From positions 19,817-83,816 of the forward strand of contig CALVUJ010000010.1 in the NCBI GenBank assembly GCA_944363575.1: DNA of 64,000 nucleotides, written 5' to 3'. The position numbers and the translations under genes were made by a program. Origin of the DNA: an uncultured Bacilli bacterium. Its GTDB lineage: Bacteria; Bacillota_I; Bacilli_A; RFN20; DUOF01. Shown piece by piece: positions 40,100 through 48,555 of the stretch (its first letter is position 1; each line of letters starts with the position of its first letter). The notes below the pieces were generated by a model that was not told the origin of the DNA, did not search any database, and worked only from the letters and a program-made list of their open reading frames with translations.

Positions 40100-40417
40100 A
40101 TGAAAGAAATTATAATTACTAGTGAAGAGCAATTTGATGATGTTATTAGTAATGGTGTGTGTTTAGTTGATTTTTATGCTTCTTGGTGTGGCCCTTGTAA
40201 GATGTTAGCACCTTTTATTGAAGAGATTGCTAATGAGTATGATGGTAAGGCTGTCGTTTGTAAGGTTAATGTGGATGAAGTGGAGTCTTTAGCTTATAAG
40301 TATCAAGTGCGTTCTATTCCTACATTAGTGTATTTTAAAGATGGTAAGATGGTTGATGTTAGTGTTGGTTTTCAGGATAAGAAAACAATTACTGATACTT
40401 TAGAAAAATATTTATAA
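40100..40417 (+). CDS. trxA: Thioredoxin.
   Basis: The WCGPCK active site is present. RBS GGAGGAG is 9 nt upstream of ATG 40100. Confidence 0.9.
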   Translation: MKEIIITSEEQFDDVISNGVCLVDFYASWCGPCKMLAPFIEEIANEYDGKAVVCKVNVDEVESLAYKYQVRSIPTLVYFKDGKMVDVSVGFQDKKTITDTLEKYL

Positions 40418-42392
40418 ACTTTAATTTTTTAAAAAAACTTTTTATTTTTTGCATTATTTTTTGGAAGAAACTTTTTATTTTTTGAAAAAAGGTTTCTTTT
40501 TTTTGTTCGGTTACTATTTTTGGAGTTTGTTCAGTGTAAGTTTTAATCGTTATAGTAAAGTTAGAGTTTTCTAATTCATAGTTTATTTTATAAGTTCCTT
40601 CATTAGCATAATTAGGGGTGTAAGTGTCTTCTATTATAGTGTAGGGGGTAGTTAGGTTTATAATTGATGCGATAGTATCCATAGATAGAAGGTCTTTAGT
40701 AGAGACATACAAAATATTATCTTTTAAGGCGATAGAATCCACAAGATTTATTTCTATTTGAAAGATAGGGCTTTTATTATTAGAGGTATCAATGGTGCTT
40801 AATTGAATATAGTAAGTTCCAAGGGCTTGTGAGGCTGTGTAAGTGTCACTTTCAATAGTTATAGGTAAGTTTTGGTCGACATTATCTTTACTTTGATAGA
40901 GATTTAGTATTTCTTGGGTGGATGGTTTGTTTTTAAAAGAATAAGTTAGAGTTTGAACTCCTGTAATGTATGGGGAGACATCGTCAATATTTGTGATAGT
41001 TATTTTAAAGGGTTCACTAAGATTGTTTGAATGATCTTCTGTTTGAATAATTAAATAATATTTTCCTGTTTTATTTAAGTTATTGGTGTAAGTATCTTCG
41101 ATTATTTTTAAGTTATTATAAAGATTGATATCTACGTTATCTATAATTGTTAATTGTTGTTTTATGTAAGTTAATGATAGAGGAGAAGATAGGTATGAAT
41201 TGTAGGTGTCTAAGCCAAATATTTGGGGTGCAATATCATCTTCTAGTTTAATTTTTACTTCAAAGGGTAAGCTTACATTTTGATAATTATCCATGGCTTG
41301 AAAGATAATGCTTTTTTCTCCGATGGTGTTTAGATAATTAGAGTATAAATCTTTTTTTATGTAAATAGAAGAAGAGATGTCTTGATGGTTATCGTGGGCT
41401 GTAAGGGAGTACATGATTTGTTCAATAGTTAGGGGATTAGATAGTTTAGAAGTGAAATAGTTTGTTCCTTCAATAATAGGGGGAATATCATCTTTTACTT
41501 CAATAGTTACTTGATAAGGATTAGAAAGATTAGAAGAAAAATCATAAACACAAAAATACAGGCTATAGAAACCAACGTTATTTTTATTAATAGAGTAATT
41601 GTCAGTACAAGGATATAGTTGTGATTCTAGGTTAGTGTTTACGTTATCTTTAACAGTTAACTGTTCTTGAATAGCTTCAATAGTAAGAGGGGAAGACAAA
41701 TAAGAAATAAAATTATTTTTTCCTTCTATAATCGGTGGAGAATTATCGATTATTTCAATACTAATATTAAGAGAGTTTTTGTTATTTGCAGAATCTTTAA
41801 CACTTAAAATGATTAGGTGTGTTCCTAGTGTTTTGTTATTAGAATAATCATCATATTCTATTACTATATTTTTAGTAAGATTTCCTTCTCTTTCATCATA
41901 AGCATGAATATTATTTAAAATAATGTTTAAGTCAAGTGGGTTATTGATGTTAGTAGTGTATTTTTCTTTATATCCTTTGAAGATAGGTGGTTCTTCATCT
42001 AGAATTTTAGAGTATCCTTTAATGATTGAGTTATTAGTGTTAAATTTAGCATTTAAAAAGATATCTTCATTACTAATGGTGTAAGAAGTTTTAGAGTAGT
42101 CTACGAGTAAAGAGTTTCCTAAAGGATAGTCTGGGGCTACTATTGTTACTTTAATGTTTTCACATTTAGTTAAGCTATCGATATAAGTTTCTTCTTTTTC
42201 ATAGCTAATTGTGGGCATTATAGTAGAGATGTCTACTTCTTTTTTTACTTTATAAAAATAGAAGGGGAGTTCAATAGTGTCTTTTAATTCATCGTTTTCA
42301 AAGATATTGCAATATTCTTTAGCAGACACAGTTTGGTTAGTTAGTAGAAAAAAGAGTATAATAATAGAAATGTATAATATTTTTTTTAGCAT
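40389..42392 (-). CDS. Secreted repeat protein (667 aa). Signal peptide, then at least five ~95-aa Ig-like modules beginning D-x-x-P-P-I-I-E-G.
   Basis: Signal peptide MLKKILYISIIILFFLLTNQTVSA. The repeats are seen in the translation. The low-complexity C-terminus (FFQKIKSFF..) is encoded by terminator-like A/T repeats and overlaps the trxA 3' end by 29 bp. Confidence 0.6.
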   Translation of the reverse strand: MLKKILYISIIILFFLLTNQTVSAKEYCNIFENDELKDTIELPFYFYKVKKEVDISTIMPTISYEKEETYIDSLTKCENIKVTIVAPDYPLGNSLLVDYSKTSYTISNEDIFLNAKFNTNNSIIKGYSKILDEEPPIFKGYKEKYTTNINNPLDLNIILNNIHAYDEREGNLTKNIVIEYDDYSNNKTLGTHLIILSVKDSANNKNSLNISIEIIDNSPPIIEGKNNFISYLSSPLTIEAIQEQLTVKDNVNTNLESQLYPCTDNYSINKNNVGFYSLYFCVYDFSSNLSNPYQVTIEVKDDIPPIIEGTNYFTSKLSNPLTIEQIMYSLTAHDNHQDISSSIYIKKDLYSNYLNTIGEKSIIFQAMDNYQNVSLPFEVKIKLEDDIAPQIFGLDTYNSYLSSPLSLTYIKQQLTIIDNVDINLYNNLKIIEDTYTNNLNKTGKYYLIIQTEDHSNNLSEPFKITITNIDDVSPYITGVQTLTYSFKNKPSTQEILNLYQSKDNVDQNLPITIESDTYTASQALGTYYIQLSTIDTSNNKSPIFQIEINLVDSIALKDNILYVSTKDLLSMDTIASIINLTTPYTIIEDTYTPNYANEGTYKINYELENSNFTITIKTYTEQTPKIVTEQKKETFFQKIKSFFQKIMQKIKSFFKKLKFINIFLKYQ

Positions 42393-42453
42393 GGTTAAGC
42401 TCCTTTCTTTTTAATATCTATTAGTTTAATTTTGATAAATTAATCATAAAAAG

Positions 42454-42482
42454 AAGGAATATTTTTAGAAGTAAGGTATAAT
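42454..42482 (+). promoter_or_regulatory. Candidate promoter TTTAGA-17-TATAAT for the PLC-like-rnf operon.
   Basis: Read directly from the sequence. Confidence 0.4.
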
Positions 42483-42503
42483 TAAATTAAGGGGGTTTAG
42501 GCA

Positions 42504-43469
42504 ATGCCGTCAGTTTTGACTCATTATGGTTTTAATAAAGAATTATTTAATGATAAAATTGGTTTTTTAAAGGGGAACGAGGATATTTATTTAGTTGGTG
42601 CTCAAGGGCCTGATCCTTTTTTCTTTTATGGTATATTGCCTTTTGTTAAAGCAAAGGATGCTAAGGTTATTAGAGGATATGGAAGTAAACTTCATAAGAT
42701 GGATCCTATGAAGGTGTTTTTGTTCTTTTTTAAGTTTGCTAATGATAGTGTTGATAAAGATGTTTTATATGCTTATATATTAGGGGCAGGGTTGCATTAT
42801 ATATTGGATAGAAAAATACATCCGTATGTTTTTTATAAGACAGGATTTAGTGATGATCCTAAGATGAAGAGAAAGTATTTTACTAATCATACTTTATTTG
42901 AAACAAATATAGATGTTTTGTTAATGAATGGGAGATATAAGAATTATAAGGTAAAGCCTGTAGAAGCTATTTTATGTGATGATGATAAGATAGAGGAAGT
43001 TAGTGAAATGTATGAGAAGTTGGCTAGAGAAGTAGTTAAGGAAGAGAAGATAAATGATGATAGTTTTGAGGATGCTTGGGAGCATATGATAAAGATTGAG
43101 AAAGTTTTGTATAGTAAGAAAGGAATTAAAAAAGGGATTGTTAATTGTTTGTTTAAGAAGACGCCTTTTAATACGATGATGCATCCTTTGAAAGTTAAAG
43201 ATGATTTGAAAATAGATTATCTTAATTTAAGGAATAATGAGTGGTTTGATCCAGCGATGGAAGTTAAGTATTATAAGAGTGTTATTAGTTTGATTGAGGA
43301 AGCTAAGGAAGATAGTAAGGAATGGTTTAAGATAGTAGAGGATGCTTATAATGGGAAAATTAAAGATAATGTGATTAAAAAGTTTACTAGAGGTATGATT
43401 TATGATGGTTATAATGATACAATGAAGATGAAAGTGTTTAAGAATGTTTATGAAAGGGGTAATAGTTGA
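42504..43469 (+). CDS. Zinc-dependent phospholipase C-like family protein, putative.
   Basis: GLHYILDRKIHPYV resembles the PC-PLC zinc-ligand block LHYLGDVNQPMH, and HYGF/PDPFFFY are candidate ligands. The stop overlaps the rnfC start. Confidence 0.4.
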   Translation: MPSVLTHYGFNKELFNDKIGFLKGNEDIYLVGAQGPDPFFFYGILPFVKAKDAKVIRGYGSKLHKMDPMKVFLFFFKFANDSVDKDVLYAYILGAGLHYILDRKIHPYVFYKTGFSDDPKMKRKYFTNHTLFETNIDVLLMNGRYKNYKVKPVEAILCDDDKIEEVSEMYEKLAREVVKEEKINDDSFEDAWEHMIKIEKVLYSKKGIKKGIVNCLFKKTPFNTMMHPLKVKDDLKIDYLNLRNNEWFDPAMEVKYYKSVISLIEEAKEDSKEWFKIVEDAYNGKIKDNVIKKFTRGMIYDGYNDTMKMKVFKNVYERGNS

Positions 43470-44773
43470 TGATTATTAGTTCAAAGGGTAAAAAACATCT
43501 TGATGGGCATAAAGAGTTGACAGCACATAAAGAAGTGTTAGATTTAACTAATGATAAAGATGTGTGTGAAGAGATTTATGTTCCAGTAGTAGCTCCAAAT
43601 GGTAAAGAGATGGAAGTGCTTGTTAAAGAGAAAGATGTGGTTAATGTTGGGACGATGTTATGTAAGCGATTAGATTTCTATGTACCTGTTTATTCTAGTG
43701 TAAGTGGAGTAGTTAAGGGTATGAAGAGTATGTATAATAGTGCTTTAGGTAAAGTTTGCGATCATTTAGTAATAGAAAATGATTTTAAGTATAGTGAGAA
43801 ATTATTAAAGAAAGTTGATTATAAAGAAACTAGTAAAGAAGAGTTATTAGAGTTAGTTAAAGAATCGGGGATAGTTGGTTTAGGTGGGGCAGGTTTTCCT
43901 ACTTATGTTAAGTATTCTTCAGATGCTAAGATTAATAGTATTTTAGTAAATGGGGTAGAATGTGAGCCTTATCTTACAACTGATTATGTAACAATGAAAA
44001 AGGAATACTCTTATTTATTAGAAGGTTGTGAGATTTTAAGAAAGATTAGTGAGGCAAATGAGGTTGTTATTGCTTTTAAGAATAATAAAAAAGATTTAAA
44101 AGAGTTATTAGATAAAGAATTAGTTAATTATCCTGGTATTAGGGTAGTTGAAGTTAAAGATAAGTATCCAATGGGTTGGGAAAAAGCGTTGGTTAAAGCA
44201 GTGTTTAAAAAGAATTATGATAAGTTACCTAGTGAAGTGGGGGTTATTGTTAATAATGCTCAAACGATTATTAGTGTGGCTAAGGCTATTATTGATGGGG
44301 AAGTTATTAGTAAAAGGGTGATTACTGTTAGTGGGGATGCTGTTAATCCTTGTAATGTTTTAGTTCCTACTTTTACTTTAGCTAAAAATATTTTAAATAA
44401 ATGTGGATATTTAGAGGAGGAAGTTTGTGTCTTAGCAGGTGGGCCTATGACTTCTAAAGCTAATGTTAGTGATGAATTTTGTTTACAAGTTAATATGGGT
44501 GCTTTAACGGTAATGAAGAAGAGGAAGTATGATACTTTGCCTTGTTTAGGATGTGGTAAGTGTGTTGAGAATTGTCCAGCAGGTATACAACCTATTCAAA
44601 TTAAGAAGGCTTTTGATAATAAGGATTTAAAGGAGTTAGAAGCTTTTGAGTGTAGTAAATGTGTAGAATGTGGGATGTGTTCTTTTGTGTGTCCTTCTAA
44701 GATTGAGTTAACAGATGATATTAGAAGAGCTAAGTTATATATTCGTTTAAGTCGTAGTAAGGAGGTAAAATAA
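43469..44773 (+). CDS. rnfC: Rnf complex subunit C.
   Basis: The GLGGAGFPT nucleotide site and two 4Fe-4S motifs (CLGCGKCVENCP and CSKCVECGMCSFVCP) are present. Confidence 0.85.
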   Translation: MIISSKGKKHLDGHKELTAHKEVLDLTNDKDVCEEIYVPVVAPNGKEMEVLVKEKDVVNVGTMLCKRLDFYVPVYSSVSGVVKGMKSMYNSALGKVCDHLVIENDFKYSEKLLKKVDYKETSKEELLELVKESGIVGLGGAGFPTYVKYSSDAKINSILVNGVECEPYLTTDYVTMKKEYSYLLEGCEILRKISEANEVVIAFKNNKKDLKELLDKELVNYPGIRVVEVKDKYPMGWEKALVKAVFKKNYDKLPSEVGVIVNNAQTIISVAKAIIDGEVISKRVITVSGDAVNPCNVLVPTFTLAKNILNKCGYLEEEVCVLAGGPMTSKANVSDEFCLQVNMGALTVMKKRKYDTLPCLGCGKCVENCPAGIQPIQIKKAFDNKDLKELEAFECSKCVECGMCSFVCPSKIELTDDIRRAKLYIRLSRSKEVK

Positions 44774-46287
44774 TGAAGTTTTCGTTAGCAAAGGGTCCTT
44801 TTTTAAGAAGTAAGAGAACTACAACAGGGATAATGTTAGAGTTATTTGCTGTTTTGGTGGTTGTGTGGCTTACTTCAGTAGTAGCATATAGTGTTCGTTT
44901 TAATTTTTTAGTAGGGTTAAGGGCTATTTTATTAGTGCTTGTTTCTTTATTTACAACAATTGTTATTGATGTTTTAATGGCTTTAGTAAAGGGTAAAAGA
45001 AGTATTAAAGATATAAGTAAGTTTGTTTTAACTAGTTATAGTTATGTTACTTCAATTATTTTTACTTTATGTTTACCTGTAGGGGTTAGTTATTATGTGG
45101 TTGTTATAGGTTCAATAGTAGCTACTTTGCTAGGTAAGTATGTGTTTGGTGGCTTTGGTTATAATGTTTTTAATCCGGCGATTATTGGTAGAATATTTGT
45201 AGGGTTAGCTTTTGGAAGTAGCATGAAGTATGGTATTGAAAGTTCTATGAGTAATAGTGCTAGTTATGATTTTGTTAGTGGGGCTACTGTTACTGGTAGT
45301 ATTAACTGGGCACAGGGAACTATTCCAGAAGGGTTTGATTGGAAAACTTTACTTTTTGGTAATTATAATGGTGCGATGGGTGAGACATATACGCTTTTGT
45401 TACTAGTAGCAGGTATTTATTTGATTATTAGAGGAATTATTAATTATCGAATAGTGTTAAGTTATTTAGTGACTGTAAGTGGTATTAGCTTATTTTTAGG
45501 TTTGTTTTATGGGGTAAGTAATGTTTTTAGTTATACTTTATTGCATTTAGTTACAGGTGGTTTAATGTTTGGGGCAGTCTTTATGATTACTGATCCTGTG
45601 ACTAGTCCTAAGGCTATGAATGGGAAAATTATTTATGGTATTGGGGCAGGTTTTTTAACGATGCTTATTAGGGTTAATTCTTCTTATCCAGAAGGTGTTA
45701 TGTATTCAATTGCTTTAATGAATATGTTTACTCCTTTGATTGATAGTTGTATTAAAGGAAATACATTTAGTAAAGTAGGTGTTAAATGGGCTGTAATTGC
45801 TAGCTTTTTGGTAGGTTCCATTGGTCTTAGTGTTGGGTTTAATGCTTTGTATCCTTTAAAAGAAGGTCAAGGGGAAAACGAGGATCCAAATGCTTGGATG
45901 AGTAATTATGCGGTTGAGAAGATTGATGATAATACGTATACCGTTAGTAGTAAAGGATTTTATGATGATATAAAGATGAAAGTATATGTTGATAAAGAAA
46001 AGGAAATTATTACGCAAGTTGAATTAATTGAGTATAGTGATCATGAATTAACTAATATATATGTGGAAGGAATATATGGTTATTCAGGGTATGATAAGAT
46101 AATTGGTAATAATCTTAATTTGTCTTTTTCAGAATTTGATAATTTTAATTGTGATAATATGTGTACTAATACTGGGGCTAGTACTAGTTTTGATGTAGAG
46201 AGTGGGGCTACTTATACTACAGGTGCTCTTATAGGAAACTTAAAGGCTGTTGTAGAAACGGTTAGGGGAGGTGTAAGTAATGGATAA
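44773..46287 (+). CDS. rnfD: Rnf subunit D with an extra C-terminal FMN_bind domain.
   Basis: The NqrB/RnfD core has the flavinylation motif DFVSGATVTG. An additional ~140-aa C-terminal domain ends with FDVESGATYTTGAL, the FMN_bind SGAT motif. The protein is 504 aa versus about 330 typical. Confidence 0.8.
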   Translation: MKFSLAKGPFLRSKRTTTGIMLELFAVLVVVWLTSVVAYSVRFNFLVGLRAILLVLVSLFTTIVIDVLMALVKGKRSIKDISKFVLTSYSYVTSIIFTLCLPVGVSYYVVVIGSIVATLLGKYVFGGFGYNVFNPAIIGRIFVGLAFGSSMKYGIESSMSNSASYDFVSGATVTGSINWAQGTIPEGFDWKTLLFGNYNGAMGETYTLLLLVAGIYLIIRGIINYRIVLSYLVTVSGISLFLGLFYGVSNVFSYTLLHLVTGGLMFGAVFMITDPVTSPKAMNGKIIYGIGAGFLTMLIRVNSSYPEGVMYSIALMNMFTPLIDSCIKGNTFSKVGVKWAVIASFLVGSIGLSVGFNALYPLKEGQGENEDPNAWMSNYAVEKIDDNTYTVSSKGFYDDIKMKVYVDKEKEIITQVELIEYSDHELTNIYVEGIYGYSGYDKIIGNNLNLSFSEFDNFNCDNMCTNTGASTSFDVESGATYTTGALIGNLKAVVETVRGGVSNG

Positions 46288-46804
46288 AAGATTAATTAAA
46301 TATCCCCTTATTTTAGGGTTAGTGGCACTAGTGGCAGGGCTTTTATTAGCTTTAGTTTATAACGTTACAGCACCTGTGATTGAAAAAAATAAGAATAAAA
46401 GAGAGAATGCGATTGTTTTAGAAATGTATGGTGATGATGCTAAAATTGAGGATATTAGTGATACTTTAAAAGAAGAGGAGACTAGTAAGGGTATTTATGC
46501 CGTTTTAAAAGTAACAAGTGATGGTAATGATTATTATGTTTATAAAATAAATGTTAAAGATGCTTTTGATGGTGATGAGAGTTCGTTTGCTGTTGGTATT
46601 AGTGATGGTAAGATTTCTAAGTTAAAGTTTGTTTCAACGGGGGATAGTTATGCTGGGATGTATTCCACAGGGGATTTTTCTAGTGCAATAACTGGTAAAA
46701 GTGAAGTTAGTGATAGTGATGTAGTGACAGGAGCAACTAAAACAGGAGAGCCTATTATTGAAAGTATACAGGCATCTTTAGGGCATTATGGGAGGAATAA
46801 ATAA
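46280..46804 (+). CDS. rnfG: Rnf subunit G (FMN-binding).
   Basis: An N-terminal TM helix and the motif DVVTGATKTGE are present. Confidence 0.8.
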   Translation: MDKRLIKYPLILGLVALVAGLLLALVYNVTAPVIEKNKNKRENAIVLEMYGDDAKIEDISDTLKEEETSKGIYAVLKVTSDGNDYYVYKINVKDAFDGDESSFAVGISDGKISKLKFVSTGDSYAGMYSTGDFSSAITGKSEVSDSDVVTGATKTGEPIIESIQASLGHYGRNK

Positions 46805-47490
46805 TGAAAAGTAGAGAAATTTTTAAAGAGGATATTTTTACTAAGAATCCAATATTTGTTTTATTACTAGGGTTATGTTCGTCATTAGCGATTACAACTT
46901 CAATAGATAATGCGATAGGGATGACGGTTGCTTTTACGTTAGTTTTAATTTGTTCTAATGTGCTTATTTCCTTGCTTAGAAAGGTTATTCCTGCAGAGAT
47001 ACGTTTACCTATTTTTATTATTATAATTGCTACTTTTGTAACTTGTGTTACCTTGCTTGCAGAAGCATATTCTTTCCATATTTATGAGTCACTTGGTGTT
47101 TTTCTACCTCTTATTACAGTCAATTGTATTGTTTTAGGTAGAGCAGAGGCTTTTGCTAGTAAACATAATCCATGGGAGAGTTTTTTAGATGGGTTAGCAA
47201 CAGGAATTGGTTTTGGGTTAGCTTTAATTAGTATTGCTTTTATTAGAGAGTTTTTAGGAACAGGTAATATTGTTTTACATAGTTTGTTTACGAATAAAGA
47301 GTATTTTAATTTAATGAAGTTATTGCATTTAGAAGAGTTTAGTTCATCATTTAAGATTTCTATTTTAACTACAGGAGTAGGAGCTTTCTTAGTTTTAGGT
47401 TTACTGATAGCTTTATTTAATTACATTTCTTATAAAAAGCAAGAAAAGAAAAAAGTTAGTGAAGTAAAGGAGGGAGAAGTAAATGCTTAG
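46804..47490 (+). CDS. rnfE: Rnf subunit E.
   Basis: Polytopic membrane protein of the RnfE/NqrD family in its order-conserved position. Confidence 0.8.
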   Translation: MKSREIFKEDIFTKNPIFVLLLGLCSSLAITTSIDNAIGMTVAFTLVLICSNVLISLLRKVIPAEIRLPIFIIIIATFVTCVTLLAEAYSFHIYESLGVFLPLITVNCIVLGRAEAFASKHNPWESFLDGLATGIGFGLALISIAFIREFLGTGNIVLHSLFTNKEYFNLMKLLHLEEFSSSFKISILTTGVGAFLVLGLLIALFNYISYKKQEKKKVSEVKEGEVNA

Positions 47491-48058
47491 TTATCTTAGT
47501 TTAGCGATAGGGGCTATTTTAGTTAGCAATATTGTGTTAGTACAATTTTTAGGTATTTGTCCTTTTTTAGGGGTTAGTAAGAAAAAATCAAGAGCTTTTG
47601 GAATGGGTGTTGCTGTTATAGCAGTAGTCTTTTTATCTTCTGTTATTACATATGGGTTATATAAGTTAGTTTTAGTTCCTTTAGAAATTGAGTATACTCA
47701 AACACTTATCTTTATTTTAGTTATTGCTTCTTTAGTGCAATTTACCGAATTATTAATTAAGAAATATTTTCCTAGTTTATATAAGGATTTTGGAATTTAT
47801 TTGCCTTTGATTACGACAAATTGTGTTGTTTTGGGTGTTACTTTAAATAATATTATTTATGATTATAATTTCTTAGAAATGTGTGTTTATTCTTTGTCTG
47901 TTTCAATAGGTTATTTATTAGTTATCTTTATTTTTTCTTCAATTAGAGAGAGACTTGAAAGTGCTCCTATTCCTAAAGCATTTAAGGGAGTTCCTATTGC
48001 TTTGATTGTAGCAGCTTTTATGGCTTTAGCTTTTAGTGGATTTTCAGGTATTGTATGA
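47483..48058 (+). CDS. rnfA: Rnf subunit A.
   Basis: RnfA/NqrE family. Confidence 0.8.
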   Translation: MLSYLSLAIGAILVSNIVLVQFLGICPFLGVSKKKSRAFGMGVAVIAVVFLSSVITYGLYKLVLVPLEIEYTQTLIFILVIASLVQFTELLIKKYFPSLYKDFGIYLPLITTNCVVLGVTLNNIIYDYNFLEMCVYSLSVSIGYLLVIFIFSSIRERLESAPIPKAFKGVPIALIVAAFMALAFSGFSGIV

Positions 48059-48219
48059 TGAATTATTTGTATGCGGTTATAGTGGTAGGAGTTTTGGTGG
48101 CTATTTTCATTTTAAGTTATTATTTGAATGGTAAAGTGAAAGTAGAGTGTGATGATGAAGAGTTATGTGAAGGGTGTAAGGTTACAAATTGCTTTAAAAG
48201 GAAAAGTAAGGAGGAATAA
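48058..48219 (+). CDS. Unannotated 53-aa membrane peptide. One TM helix followed by a Cys-rich tail (C-x5-C-x2-C-x4-C).
   Basis: The translation is MNYLYAVIVVGVLVAIFILSYYLNGKVKVECDDEELCEGCKVTNCFKRKSKEE. The ATG overlaps the rnfA stop, and the stop overlaps the next start. Absent from the ORF track because it is shorter than 60 aa. Confidence 0.4.
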   Translation: MNYLYAVIVVGVLVAIFILSYYLNGKVKVECDDEELCEGCKVTNCFKRKSKEE

Positions 48220-48542
48220 TGATGGATTTTGTTAATGTTATAGTAGCAGGTTTGATTATTTTAGGTATTGCTTTAGTGTTAGGGTTAGGTTTAGCAATAG
48301 CGAATAAATATTTTGAAGTAGAAGATGATAACAAGTTAGAAGAGATAGAGCTTATTTTGCCTGGTTATAATTGTGGAGCTTGTGGGTATGTTAGTTGTGA
48401 TGAAATGGCTAAGGCTATTTTAAATGGGGAAGTAGATAGTTCTAGGGCTTGTAAAGTTATTACGGACGATAATGCTAGGAAGTTAAGGGAGTATTGTAAG
48501 AAAATTAAAAATAACAAGGGTGAAATAATTAATTTAAAGTAG
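48219..48542 (+). CDS. rnfB: RnfB N-terminal module only (TM helix plus CxxCxxxxC...C Fe-S domain). The polyferredoxin domains are missing.
   Basis: PGYNCGACGYVSCDEMAKAILNGE...RACKV matches the RnfB N-terminus. The protein is 107 aa versus about 260-330 expected. Strong RBS AAGGAGG. Confidence 0.65.
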   Translation: MMDFVNVIVAGLIILGIALVLGLGLAIANKYFEVEDDNKLEEIELILPGYNCGACGYVSCDEMAKAILNGEVDSSRACKVITDDNARKLREYCKKIKNNKGEIINLK

Positions 48543-48555
48543 TGAAGGTGATAAG

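Noticed and set aside
42972-43184. 70-aa minus-strand ORF inside the PLC-like gene.
   Set aside because: Antisense and low complexity.
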